The notes: generated by a model from the sequence alone, not told the origin. A DNA stretch of 64,000 nucleotides from Eledone cirrhosa (GCA_964016885.1 OZ024740.1:377580001-377644000), one strand, 5' to 3'. Counted from the first letter of the stretch, positions 15,067 through 28,637 are shown. Made by a program: numbers and translations.

Positions 15067-15234
15067 ATAATTGCCTTATGTTGTTTATTACATAACTATA
15101 TATATATATATATACAAAATTAAGATAGATTAAAAGAATTCAATCAGAATCGAAATTGTGGGTGTCATTCCTTAACGGAATGCGCCATATCGCCCGGAAA
15201 ATAAGCTCTAGGACTTTGTAGGTACGAGCATTTT

Positions 15235-15790
15235 ATAATAACTAGGAATTGATCAACATATATATAAATAAATATAAACATGAAAAATCACAGGAGATAA
15301 TTTTTACAAGCGTGTAACCACGCATGGCTAGTAGGTAGCAAATAAATAAAGTTAACTAGAACTTCAAAAATATATACCTTTTAATGATTAATCTTCCCTG
15401 TATATATTCCATTAAAGAAATATATTTCACCAATTAATCAGATGGTAAGTCACGGAAAGTGGATATTATTGGATTATCAACAAGGAAGAACAATATCAAG
15501 CGATCCATGTTTACACTTCGAGTCAAAATCTTAAACTGGCCGTTACCACGTTACACATCACAGCGGCTTCGTTTCAGTGGCGTGAATAGGTATTCGACAA
15601 CTAGAAATAGCAGTCAATTCTCTTCAAATATATACCTTCATTGAAAGGTATATATTTTTGAAGTTCTAGTTAACTTTATTTATTTGTTACCTACTAGCCA
15701 TGCGTGGTTACACGCTTGTAAAAATTATCTCCTGTGATTTTTCATGTTTATATTTATTAATATATATGTTGATCAATTCCTAGTTATTAT
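15235..15790. repeat. Inverted repeat, about 153-bp arms (15235-15387 / 15638-15790), about 250-bp spacer
   Basis: ataataactaggaattgatc...tatataccttttaatga and its reverse complement; right arm ends in (TA)n. Confidence 0.9.
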
Positions 15791-15919
15791 TATATATATA
15801 TATATATACATATTCATTAGTTAAGCAACACAAGACCACAAATTTCACAAGGAAGACATTATTTAAAGATTGTCAACATAGTTGTAGTTTAATGTAAGGA
15901 ATGTAAAGAATAATAATAA

Positions 15920-16065
15920 TCGTTTCTACTTTTGGCACAAGGCCAGCAATTATCCCAGTGTATTACTGGTACTTTATTTTATCGATCCCGTAAGGATGAA
16001 AGGCAAAGTTGACCTAGGCGGAATTTGAACTCAGACCATAAAGGGCCGTAACTCTTTGCTGCAAA

Positions 16066-16066
<1 letters not shown>
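15920..16066 (-). mobile_element. tRNA-derived SINE, partial
   Basis: Same family as 22040-22615 and 28758-28942 (B-box-like GAGTTCAAATTC; gactttgcctttcatcct...cgataaaataaagtaccag core). Confidence 0.8.
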
Positions 16067-16117
<51 letters not shown>

Positions 16118-16119
<2 letters not shown>

Positions 16120-19100
16120 TTTCTTTATTAACCACAAGGGTTTACATAAAGTAGACATTAAGGACAGTAGAGGACAATACAGGGCGGTACAAATGGGCAT
16201 TTCTGCGTGTAAAAAACAAGAAACAGAGGATGTAATAATAGAAAAATGAAAAAATTCCCCAATATGGGGGAGACTTCCGGGGGACATTCATGGAGAAAGC
16301 CCATTAAAAAGCCACAGTGACCCTGACCACCAGGGCAAGTGCCCTCTCCCAGTTTTCCACCTTTAATTTACAGACACATCTTTCAACAAAATGCTGGGAG
16401 AGAGCACTTCCCTTTCTACCCTGATTTTCCTTTTCAAATGAAATTTGAAATAGTTAATCAGGGCATCACCGAAGAGGTAAGTGCTCGTCTTCAGCCCTTT
16501 CAAACGTGTCCACCATACTATCTCTTTCGCCATGGCCACCAGACAGATAAAAACTGCCTGCCCTTCCCGGCTAAAGGAAGAGGGCGGGGCAATACTCACG
16601 ATGGACTCAGCAGATAGCTGGATCCGTCCTACGCGCGAGAGCGGGTGTTCGACATAAACCGACAAGTCAGCAATGCTCGGACACTGGACGAGTGCGTGCA
16701 GGCGGTTTCGTCGCACTGCGCGCATCTCGGACATGCCCGGCTGACGGCACCTCCATGCCTGTAGAGTTTATCCCGAACTGGCAAAGTTCCTCGGTAGCAC
16801 TGCCAGGCCAGAGATTTCTGGAAGTTATCCATAGGCCCCGGCCGCAAAGTTCTTCCGAAGAGATTGGCTAGTTGATTTTCGTCGAGGCCTAGAGTTTCCC
16901 CAGGTACGTCGTCGCTCTTCCCCTCCACTAATCCTCTATAGAACGCCAAGGTGGAGTTTCCACCGATCACATTGCCCGATTGGTCGAGGGCTGTGAGCGC
17001 CTGAAGACATTCCAGTCTCCAAGCGCTCCCTCTCGGTCTTCGCTTTACCCAGGACTGCAGCTCCGTCAAGGAGACGAGCTGGGTAAAGACGCGTCTAGCA
17101 AACGGAGACCACACCTGATCACCGTCGAGGAAGAGGTGGAGATGTCGTAGCCTGAGCGCGTGTCTGCGCATCATCAGCCACGGCATTCCCAGCCCTCCAC
17201 GTAGCGGGTGTTGACAGCAGATGGACCGCCTCACCATCGGAGCGCGTCCCTTCCACAAAAAGCGAAAGATCAAACGCTCCAGCGCAGTCAGGAGGGGCTT
17301 AGGACAAGGTACGACGGTCAGGCGGTAGTAGATGACGGACGCGATATACGCGTTAGCCACCTCCGCTCGACCTTTCAGGGATAGCTTCCTCTCGGCCCAT
17401 TTCTGGGTGAGAGAAGCCCCCCTGCTCGTCACCTCGTCCCAGTTTTTGTCCGTCTGGAGATCCGAACCGAATCAGACCCCGAGCAATTTAACTACTCCGT
17501 CCGACAGCACCCGACGACGCTGTTGGACGGCATGGACCTGCCTCTCCAGGGGCCGAGCTGCAGGCCCACTGACTTTTCCTGGTTGATCATTGCTCCTGTC
17601 ACCGCTTCGTATTCTCTTAGTGTAGTGCCGATCGCCTCGATGTCTTTGGCGTTCGACACCACTACGGTGACATCGTCCGCATATGCTAACACGGATCTTC
17701 CGCATCCTAGTTCGCGCGGGTCCCCCTCAACGTCTCCAGTTTGTGCAGTAATGGCTCTAGAGTCAATACGTACAAGAGGGACGAGAGGGGACATCCTTGG
17801 CGGACCGAGCGCATGATGTTGAACGGTTCCGAAAGGTGACCGTTCACTCTCACCACAGAGCAGATGTCGCTGTGCATGGCAGCGATCCAGCCTCTGAAGA
17901 CGGGCCCAAAGCCAGCCGCCCTCAGGACTGCCGCTAGGTAACGATGGTCGACCATATCGAAAGCTTTCGACTGATCTAAATTGATCAAGGACCCACCCGT
18001 GCCAGGTTCCCTAGCTACCCTCTCTACGATGTATCGCATGAGGTGGAGGTTGTCGTGGATGGATCTGTCGGGAATGGCGCATGCCTGCGCCTCTCCCACC
18101 AGACCACCAACGACAAGCGCCAACCTCTTTGCTAGCACCTTGGCCAAAATCTTGAACTCTGTGTTTAGCAGAGTTATGGGCCTAAAATTATCTATGTTAT
18201 CCCCCTTGTTCGGATCCTTTCTCAGCACCCCCACAGCTCCTCGGCTCACAGAGCTGGTAATTCTCCCGTTCTGTTGCCAGTTGCAGTAAACGTCCGCCAA
18301 GAGGCCTCCGAACAAGCCTAGCATCTGTGCGTAAAGTTCATAGGGCAGACCATCCAAACCAGGCGATTTACCCCTTGTGCAGCTAGTCATTGCCTCCCGT
18401 ACTTCAGCGGCTGTTATCGGCTTTTCGCAACACTCCGCCTCAGTGGCCGAGAGCCGCGGCAGTCTGTCGAGGTAGACACGAAAGTCCATCCCTCGATCCG
18501 GCCCGCCGCTGCCCCCGAACAACTGAGCGAAGTGTCGCTGAAAAGCTTCACACATTTTCCCGGGATCGAGTAGCATGCGCCCGTCGTGGTCCACCAAAGA
18601 CCGGCTCGTGGCTTTGTTGCCACGACGCGCCTCCGCCACTCGGGCCCATTGAACGGCTTTCGTCCCCTCGTGTCTGAGAGCACGGACCCAACCTCTGACA
18701 ACGCAGCCTTCGTGCTTTGCATTGAAGAATTGGTCAAGGGCCAATTTCGCCGCAAGTGCGTCGGTCGCGATGCCTTTTCTAAGCTGGCCCGTATGGCGAG
18801 ATCCAAACCTCTCCGAAAAGGCACAGCAACTCCACCCCCCCCCCCCCCCGATCCCGGACGGCTGGGAGATGCGTACACATCGTAGCTGCCGAAGATCGGT
18901 GCGAAGGACTGTGCTTCGGAGATTCTGGTCTCGCTGATGGCCACTACATCTATGTTTAGTGACCTGAGGTCGTTGAGCAGGTGGCCCTGCTTCCATGACG
19001 ACCCCAAGCCACGCGCATTTATGCTGCCTATTCTGAGTGAGATCATGTTGAAATGGAGTGGAAAAGATGGGAAAGACCACTTCTCGCAGAGGAAGGATGG

Positions 19101-21349
19101 TTTCACCATCCCTTTTCACTTGATCGTCTGGTGAATCGCCCCTTCGGCTGGTCGTCGGCTCTTCTGTGAGTATATCCGAATATACCCTACCGGTTGAGTG
19201 TCCCTCCTAGGTCTCTGAAATCACCAACTGCGTTGGGGAATTTCGTTTTAATGTTTGTGTATTGTTTCTGTGCTATTTTTACCAGTCTTATGTTCGTTGG
19301 TGTTTTGATTGGTTCTGGTATTATGTAGTCGTGCTGTGAAATGTCTGTGTGTTCAATTATGTAAGTCATTAATTTCATGTTGTGTGTATTTATTGCTGTA
19401 CATTTGTTTTTCTGGGGGAGGGGTGTGGTTCTGATATTTTCTTGTCGTTGTTGCTGGGTGTGTGTGTTTTGTTGTTGTGTTTGCGATGTTGGTGCTTGTG
19501 GTGGTGGTGTTGAAGGTGTTGTTGTTGTTGGCGGTGGGGTTGCCGCCGGTGGTGATGGTGGTGCTAGTGTGGGTGGTGATGGTGTTGGTGGTGTTGCTGC
19601 TGTAAGTCTTTTTGCAGTAGCCTTTACCCTTTTTTCGTTTCTTTCCTCCCTTTTCGAAGGCGACGATGCGCTGCTTCTGCGTTTGTGCCTTCTTGCGACC
19701 TTTTGCCATCCCTCTCCCACCTCACAGTCCATGTCCGATTCTGTGAGGTCGGAGAGAGGTACCAGCTCCACTCTTTCACTTGTTGTTGTTGGTGATGTTT
19801 GCAGTGGAGTCTCTGTTGCAGCTGCAGTTGGTATTGCTGTTGTTGTTGTTAATACTTCCACTGCTGCTGCTGTTCTTGATTTCCGTGGCGTGGGTATGGG
19901 TGCCACGGACCTATCCTTCCTGGTTGCCGCTGGTAGCAGTGGAGCCGGTTTCGGAAGGAGGGAGGTTTCTCTTTTCTCAGGGTGTTCTCATTGCAGAAGG
20001 CCCTGAGGTGAGTCTTCGATCCACAGCGAAAGCATTTCGGGCGTTTGCCCTCAACACTTATGGGCAGTTGAGTGCCGTTATCGAAGTCTATCACATCCGG
20101 GATAGCTTCGATGCACTCCTGGTTGGTTTGGATTAACATCTCAATGGAGGTGTGGACCCAATCTTCTCGTACTTTTTTCTGTACTTGCAGTACAGTTGTT
20201 TTGTCCTCGATTCCGACGAGGACAGACGCGGCCAGCCAGAAGGGGCCATCCCGGGGGGTGGGGGGGTCAGTTTTACCCTCACAATTTTTTGCCCGCAGTA
20301 GGAGGGCACCAACACCATTTCCTCGCTCCTTAGAGTCACTAAGGATTGAGCCTTTGCCTCCTGGGGTGTGGAAAAAAGCACGTCCACGGTGGCATATTTC
20401 TTGCCTCGGGTGATATGCGTTTTTTCCGCTGCCTCACAGACCCTAAGGATTTTTGTATTTGAGCCTCTGTGGCCCTTTCAACCCTACGGGATTTTGTGCT
20501 TACTGTACGGTACGTGACCGTACAGTGCTGTTGGGTTTCGAAAAATTTTTCGGCTGCCTTGCAGATTGCTCGGTGTCCGGTTTTCGTCACCATCTTCTTG
20601 GCTTCCTGTAATTCCTCATTTGTTATAAGGATGGTTTCCAGGTTATTTGCGATACCTGCAAACGAGATTGGTTTTTCTTTGCCGAGATTGGTTTTTCTCT
20701 GCCGCCGCCGCTGTTGCTGTGGTTGTTGTTGTTGTTGCTGCTGCTGCTGTTGTTGTTGCTGTTGCTGCTAATGCTGTTGTTGTTTATGCTGCTGCTGATG
20801 CTGTTGCGGCTGCTACTGTTGTTTTCCTTGTCACTGTTGCTGCTGCTGCTGTTATTACGGCTGCTACTGCTATTATTCATGACGTCAGACGAATGAAATG
20901 GGTTTTCGTATTTACCGCACACCTTTTTCGTCGTTGTCGTCGTCGTGGAGAAATGTTCCACGTTTTGCACGTGATTTTGGAAACTATTTTTCTTTACTGG
21001 CGTCGCTTGCGAAAGAGAAGGGAGGGAGAGAGACACATTTAGAGAAGGGAGGGAGAGAGACAATCTTCTCTCTGGTGTAGTGACGATTGAGGAGGAAGAA
21101 GACGGAATGAGTGGGAGTGACTTGTGAAAATTCTTTTTTGTAGCCATGTTTTTTTGCGGTTTAAAATAAATATTGGGCACAAAACCCCAATAAGCGGTTA
21201 TTTAACACCGAAGGGCCAAATAACGGGCAGAAAGACCCCTCTCGCGAGGAGGAGGGTGTTTTTGTCTACAATTTGGTTAAAGTTTTAAACAATTTACAAT
21301 TGTTATAGCGGTTAAAATTTACAATACCATACAGAGCCGAGCCTCCGTC
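16118..21349 (-). mobile_element. Tx1/L1-clade non-LTR retrotransposon, near full length, degraded, in (AAT)n
   Basis: ORF1 with zinc knuckle CFRCGSKTHLRAFC. ORF2 has APE (IGSINARGL, ISETR; internally deleted near 18780), RT (KSPGLDG, NFRPITLLN, RQGCPLS, YADD) and C-terminal CPRC. (AAT)n on both flanks. Confidence 0.92.
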
Positions 21350-21399
<50 letters not shown>

Positions 21400-21635
21400 T
21401 AATAATAATGTCCGTTTACAATTGTAATCTCCATATAATGTTTCTGGATCAAATGATTATAGATCATTATTGATCTGGTTCAGTTGAAGATAATTAACTT
21501 AGGTAAAATTGGAGCAGTTCATCGTAACTTCAAAAGGAATATAAATTAAGCAATATCACAAAACTAATTTCTAACTAATTCACCAATCTCTCTTCTCCTC
21601 TCCTATCTCTCTCTTTAAGATTGGTTACTCTTGAA

Positions 21636-21673
<38 letters not shown>

Positions 21674-21900
21674 CAATTTAAAGTATTAAAAATGACATTA
21701 CGTCCCTGTGGAAAAGAATTGTTATCATCATAGTTCATATTATTTAAAATCCTACTTACAAATACAGATCAGAAGCAATAATATCATTAACGAACATAAA
21801 TATAAAACAATATTAAAATGAAACAGGAAAAGCTATATCATGAATGTAATATAAGTAAGCGAGAGATGAATCAAAGCCGAGAGTACGGAATAAATTCGCA

Positions 21901-21963
<63 letters not shown>

Positions 21964-22039
21964 CACTCATTTATTTATTGATTTTATATAAAGGTTGTAG
22001 ATTCCTTTTATCAAATTTTCATATATATATATATATATA

Positions 22040-22615
22040 ATTGTTTCTACTTTTGGCACAAGGCTAGCAATTATCCAGTACATTACTGGTACTTTATTTT
22101 ATCGACCCCGTAAGGATGAAAGGCAAAGTTAACCTCGACGGGATTTGAACTCAGACTGTAAAGGGACGTAACTATGCTAGAAAGCATGGCGTCCAACCCT
22201 CTACCGATACTGCCAATTCACCGCCCTTATATATATATATATAATTGTTTCTACTTTTGGCACAAGGCTAGCAATTATACAGTGCATTACTGGTACTTTA
22301 TTTTATCGACCCCGTAAGGATGAAAGGCAAAGTCAACCTCGGCGGGATTTGAACTCAGATCGTAAAGGGACATAACTATGCTGGAAAGCATGGCGTCCGA
22401 CACTCTACCGATACTGCCAATCCACCGCCCTCAATGTAATATATATATATATAATGGCGATGAATTAGTTATTAATTCTGGCAATATTATTACACAAATA
22501 TGACCCTCCCCATATATATATAATTGTTTCTACTTTTGGCACAAGGCCATCAATTAACCAGTACATTACTGGTACTTTATTTTATCGACCCGTAAGGATG
22601 AAAGGCAAAGTTAAC
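22040..22615 (-). mobile_element. Three SINE copies separated by (TA)n (about 22040-22228, 22243-22432, 22522-22615)
   Basis: Repeated ttgtttctacttttggcacaagg...gatttgaactcag...ccgatactgccaa units with A/B-box-like motifs on the - strand; third copy truncated. Confidence 0.85.
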
Positions 22616-22627
22616 TATTATATATAT

Positions 22628-22659
<32 letters not shown>

Positions 22660-23180
22660 GTTAAAAGAATAGAGGTGTAACACACAAGTTATTATATATT
22701 GGTAAACGGAATAGAAAATGCTGACAAATTGTTCACAGTTAAAAAATGGTTTAATTAGGAATAAAAGAGTATTAGTGATTGTATGGGTTAGTATTCAGTT
22801 GTGGTTTTAAGTTTTTAAGCTTTTACCGGTTGCGCATTTCTAAATGCTTTTCAAAAATAATTTTGAGATAGAGTGTCCGTGTTGTTTGCTCTGATCTGAT
22901 TAGTTTTGGGAATTCTACCTGTTTTTATGTTAAAAAAGTGGCTCCAGCGTTACTTTGGTGTTGCAAAATTTCTTGTGGTCAAAACAATTTTGATTGGTCG
23001 GTAGAGGTCATGTGAGTGTAAAAAATTGATTTTGCGCCAAGACTGTTTTTATGTTAAAAAAGTGGCTCCAGCAACAATTCTTGTGGTCAAAACAATTTTG
23101 ATTGGTCGGTAGAGGTCATGTGAATAAAAAATTGGTTTTGCGCCAAGATTGAGAAATGACTCTTTCACAACAAATATGTG

Positions 23181-23247
<67 letters not shown>

Positions 23248-23331
23248 TAGTAGTAGTAGTAGTAGTAGTAGTAAGGTGTTCGATGTTGTGATAATGGTTA
23301 GCAGCGATGTGTGTCAAATGGCTATTGAGAT

Positions 23332-23392
<61 letters not shown>

Positions 23393-25057
23393 GCAGAGTA
23401 ATTCGTGGTGGCAGGGATGGTCAGTAAGAATGTGTCTGAAAGCAATGGGGGTATTTTAGCATGTCAAAAGATATTTTTCAACTTTTGTCTTATACGGAGA
23501 AGTGTGTGTGTGTGTATATAAGTCTCTTTGTATGTTGATGTACGTGTGTGTATGTGTGTGTGTATATATGTGTGTGTGTGTGGGTGGGTGGACCAGTATT
23601 TTTTTCCCCCTGGTAAAATGGTGTACATTATTCGATTTTTTCAGTAAAATCGGTTCTCTTAATAGAACATCAAAAATCTTAACAATAAAAGATGTGAAAT
23701 GATATTCACTATATATATATATACACATACATATATTCACTATATACATATATATATATATATATACATATATACATATATATACACATATATATGCACA
23801 TATATTTTTTTGTGTTGCACCATAGAGCATGTGTGTTTACGTATGTCATTGTGTTTATATGTGGGTAGAGATGTGTGCTGATGTAGGTATGTATGTTGAC
23901 GTGTGTATGTTGTGGGTTCGTCTTAGGGAGAAGTGTTTAGACGGGGTCCGTATTTGTTAATGAAGTAAGATTCCTTGCTGATGCGCTGGGTGTGGGTGGA
24001 ATTATCTTTAAATTTGTAGAGGGGAAAGATTCTGAAGTTGGGATGATTTTGGGCGGCACAGGTATCAATGTGTTCACTCAGTGGTATTTTCCTGTATTCC
24101 CGTATTTTAATTTGGGATCTGTGGACAGTCATGCGTTGGCGGAGGCTGTTTTTGGTCTGGCCTATGTATTGTTCTCGACAACCTGAACAAGTTAATACAT
24201 ATATTAGATTTTCCGATGCACATGGGAAATTGTGTTTTACTATAAAACGTTGTCCATCTTTGAAATAGAATTTCGAACCCTCTATTAGGTTGATACAAAT
24301 GCCACAGTTGGGTCTATCGCATTTTTTTACTGTGGGTTTCGTTGTTGTGGTTGGCAGTACTTTGGCATGTGTTAAGATGTTTTTCATTGACTTGGATTGT
24401 CTTTTGCTCTTTATGATATCGTGTGTTCGTAGAATTTGGTTCATTCTATGGTCCTTTTTCAATACAGGGATGTTCTGGAGGATGGTGTCAAAGGCCTCAT
24501 TGTTGAGGGGGTTGTGTGTGGAGATGTATGGAAGAGCTTTTAGTTTTGGTTGATTTACTTTAGGGTGTCTAAGGTCCTGGGTACTGAGTTTTAGGGCACG
24601 TTGGATTCTATTCTTGGCGCAAAACCAATTTTTTATTCACATGACCTCTACCGACCAATCAAAATTGTTTTGACCACAAGAATTGTTGCTGGAGCCACTT
24701 TTTTAACATAAAAACAGTCTTGGCGCAAAATCAATTTTTTACACTCACATGACCTCTACCGACCAATCAAAATTGTTTTGACCACAAGAAATTTTGCAAC
24801 ACCAAAGTAACGCTGGAGCCACTTTTTTAACATAAAAACAGGTAGAATTCCCAAAACTAATCAGATCAGAGCAAACAACACGGACACTCTATCTCAAAAT
24901 TATTTTTGAAAAGCATTTAGAAATGCGCAACCGGTAAAAGCTTAAAAACTTAAAACCACAACTGAATACTAACCCATACAATCACTAATACTCTTTTATT
25001 CCTAATTAAACCATTTTTCAACTATGAACAATTTGTCAGCATTTTCTATTCCGTTTA

Positions 25058-25063
<6 letters not shown>
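22660..25063 (-). mobile_element. Penelope-like element (third family, Cys-rich linker plus GIY-YIG) with inverted 3' arm
   Basis: ORF 23923-24462 CDRPNCGIC...LIYVLTCSGCREQYIGQTKNSLRQRMTVHR. The 3' region runs to 22660, and 24612-25063 is the reverse complement of 22697-23148. Both outer ends abut (TA)n. Confidence 0.88.
24901..24939 (+). ncRNA. Hammerhead-like motif with variant core UUGAAAA/GCAA (also 22821-22859 -, 41281-41319 -, 50105-50144 +)
   Basis: TTT-TTGAAAA-GCATT(taga)AATGC-GCAA-CCGG-TA-AAA, identical in four arm copies. Confidence 0.55.
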
Positions 25064-25127
<64 letters not shown>

Positions 25128-25129
<2 letters not shown>

Positions 25130-26540
25130 GGTTTGAGGTTCACCACTGGATAGAGCTGGTCAATTCCGTATGGTCAATCTCAATGTAATAATATGGAGAG
25201 TACTCAACGTAAAGCAGTTCAACCGTCTTTGTTTTTGTAGTTGGTGGTGCTAGTACGGAGTTAAATATTATAATGAAATGACAGGAGGCTGGACTTGTGT
25301 AAATCCTTGAAAGGTTTATTATACTATGATCATTTCAATGACCGGGTTCCGTATGAATCCGGTGATATCATCAGGTATTCGAAATATAATAAGTGAATGT
25401 AATAGATAAAATCTATGGGGCTGAAAATCAAAGACCCGAGGACGACCGCCATCCTGCATCTTCCACTTTTGTCGGTCGCCCTCAAGTGAGGGGGCTAAAG
25501 CTTATAGTGTGCTACTACTGGTCAAATAAAGGAAAATAGAAAGTCAACGTTAATATCATGCCACAAGAAGAAGAAAGAAAGAAAGAAGAGAGAAGAAGGG
25601 GGAAGGAAGAAAAGGAAGAAGAAGAGAAGCCAGGGTTAATGTCAGCTATAAGAAGAAAGACAGAAAGAAAAAGGAGGAAAGGTCGGTATTACAGTCAGGC
25701 CAGGAATGTAGCGGGAAAAAAAAAATTTATTCTAAGGGACCCGTATCTTAACAACTACTACCGGTCAAATATAGGCAAACTAAAAGGGGAAGTAGATAAG
25801 TCAGCGGGAGGAAGACAGAAAGAATGGAGAAGAGAAGGAAGAAAAGGAAGAAGAAGAAAAGTCAGGGTTGATGGCTACAAGAAGAAAGATAGAAAGAAAG
25901 AGGAAGAAAGGTCGATATTAATGTCAGACTACAGTCAGGCCAGGAATGGCGCGAAAAAAATATTTTCAAAGGGACCCGTATCTTAGCAGAGGTAAATATA
26001 GTGGGGGTCAGTATGTTATAATGTGTGAGCAGAAGATTGGAACGTTACATTTTTGTTTAGACTTATAGGATGAAGTTAAAAATTAATATTTAATATTAAC
26101 ATTATAAAATTAAAGAAATTAGAAAATTTAAAGTTAAACAGTTTAACATTTTAAAGGTTTTGGTTGCGAGGTTTAAGCAAAGAAAGAGACTTTTATGAAG
26201 ACACTTAAATTTTATTATAGAGTAAAGATTATGTCTTTGTTTAGCAGTCAAACAGCATGCGGCGACTACATGCTTGGGCAGCCCATCCACTCCGAGTGAT
26301 ATCGCCTAGCGAAAGATATGGAAATCGATTTTTCCGAGCACTCTAGGAATGTATTACAGGCTTCAGGTGCGCCAGCGGGAAGTCAGCCCGCATCGTTAGG
26401 CCATCCTTGTACAAAACCAGTACTATTCCTTTACCCAGGAGAGGGATTTGCTTATGTAGAGGGAGGCGTGATACATCTAATAGTTCTGATTTGATCTGTA
26501 ATTTAAAGATACTATATGGCGGTCAAAAAACCGGCTGCGC
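25128..26540 (-). mobile_element. Probable degraded PLE 3' fragment
   Basis: Lies between (TA)n tracts and holds a hammerhead and an internally duplicated purine-rich tract (about 25690-25750 vs 25930-25985). The translation near 26200-26330 only weakly recalls a GIY-YIG C-terminus. Confidence 0.4.
25321..25379 (-). ncRNA. Type I hammerhead ribozyme candidate, canonical core
   Basis: Minus strand reads ATAC-CTGATGA-tatcACCGG...CCGGTcatt-GAAA-TGATCA-TA-GTAT: palindromic stem III, 4-bp stem I, imperfect base of stem II. Confidence 0.65.
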
Positions 26541-26602
26541 GCCGGGCCCCTAGGGCGAATCATATATATATATATATAATATATAATATATATATATAAT
26601 AT

Positions 26603-26705
<103 letters not shown>

Positions 26706-26752
26706 CATACATAAGCATATATATGTATATATAAGTCTGTGTATAGATCTAT

Positions 26753-26806
<54 letters not shown>

Positions 26807-26828
26807 GTGTGTGTGTGTGTGTGTGTGT

Positions 26829-26874
<46 letters not shown>

Positions 26875-27236
26875 ATATATATAGAGAAAGAGTTGAGAGA
26901 GAGACAATGAGAGGGATCGTAATGGCGTGTTTTCCAGTGTCCTGCCGACACTGCCATTATATAAAGGTTTCTAATTTCGGCACAAAGCCACCAGTTTGAG
27001 AGGGTTGGAAGAAGGTCGATTATATCGACCTCAGTGGATGACTGGTACTATTTTATCGACGCCAGTGCACGAATTAATGTATATATAGGTGAGCCCCGTT
27101 GAGTAAAGATTAAGATCTTGGCATACAGAGACCGTTAATTTAAACATAATTTGAAGTTGTTAATTCTTTACGATAGGCTTCAACTTCCCAACGTGCCATT
27201 TCTCTTACCTTGGCAGTAATATAAAGACATATATGT

Positions 27237-27580
27237 GGACGCAGCATAGCTGAATGGTTAAGAAATTCGCTTCGCAATCATTGGGTCCTGTATATAATGC
27301 TACTGTTTAGCATCCTGAGAAAGTATCATTTATCTTGCCCTATGAATGAAATTGGGTAGACGGAAACTGTTTGGAAGCCCACCAGTTGGACTGTACCTGT
27401 TCCTCAAATGGCCAGCTGTGTCATAATCTGTATCATACTGAATCTCCCTTAGAAATACATTGAATGTTCGCATGTCTGTTGAATGCTCTGTCATTTACAC
27501 GCTAATTTCATATGCAGGCTGGTGGTCGAACAACTGGAACACTAATCGTCGAAACCATCGAATGTCCTTTGAGGCATATA
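27237..27580 (+). mobile_element. Degenerate second SINE family (tRNA-like head)
   Basis: A-box-like tagctgaatggttaag and a gggtagacggaaactg...gaagccc motif recalled from octopus SINEs; not verified by search. Confidence 0.45.
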
Positions 27581-28533
27581 AATATAATAACAAAGTAACT
27601 CACCCATCATAGATCAGTCTTAAACACACATTTACTCACATACATGTTATTGTCTTCCAATATTTTTGAATTGATGTCCTAAAATTTGCTTATATATTCT
27701 AACATATTTCTCACAGGTATAATTATTCGTATTAAAACAATTGTTTAATCACGAAACGCGTTTTCCTATATAACTTGTGTATTCAATTGCTTATATTTTC
27801 CGCTCAATGTTATCGTTGCAAGTTCCTTTATAACATTTAATTATAAATAGCCATCGCAATTACCTACACACCACTTTATAATACTTTAAAATATTGGATT
27901 ATCTGCATGTTGCGAATATTATTCAATTTATTTTATATAAGTAAAAATTGCAAGAGCAAACTAGCATGCTAAATACGATTGAAAGTAATGCAGCCATTGT
28001 CAAAACTAAGGTTAATGTCCGCATTGATAACATATTTTGTGATAACATATTTTCATAATTATATTTCTAATTAATTGAATAATAGGCATTTATATAGATA
28101 TAACGATAAAATTCAAAATCTGTAGCTATAACTTAATTTACATTAAATCTTTTAGTATACGCTGTGTTCAAACATAGATATTTGTTATTTAATTAATTAG
28201 GTTTCTAAACGAATGTGCGTCAGGCAAATTAGACTGAATATTTCAACTGTGTTCTACAATCAGCTTAAAATAGATACCAATGCTATAAATATTTCTATAT
28301 AGAGAGAATCATAGGAGTAGTTATCTTCTAATAAAGAGACAATAATCTCACAAATGAATCATGGTAATTTTTTATTTTGCTGTACATTGAGAAGTGGAAA
28401 TTGTTTACACTTCATTCTTTCCAAGACAAAACTTGTAATGTAAAAACTGTAGTTGTATCTACATTATATTTACATTATATTTATAATTGTTTTTCTTCCA
28501 AAATATTTTTCTTTTTTTTTTTTGTCATTTCAG

Positions 28534-28575
28534 GGATTCTTCGTATCACTTTTGTTTTGCTTCTTGAATGAAGAG
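28534..28575 (+). CDS. Class B1 GPCR 42-nt TM7 exon
   Basis: Long polypyrimidine tract plus cAG, and a GTaagt donor. Translates GFFVSLLFCFLNEE, the conserved 14-codon TM7 exon of class B GPCRs. Confidence 0.93.
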
Positions 28576-28605
28576 GTAAGTGAAATAAATAAATTATATA
28601 TATAT

Positions 28606-28637
<32 letters not shown>

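Larger units (their letters stand above)
14806..15099. repeat. Near-perfect 294-bp palindrome (about 146-bp arms, 2-4 nt loop)
   Basis: The arms are reverse complements around 14952/14953, with about 2 mismatches. Confidence 0.95.

Noticed and set aside
25558-25986. 142-aa K/E/R-rich ORF
   Set aside because: Low-complexity purine tract in a repeat remnant.
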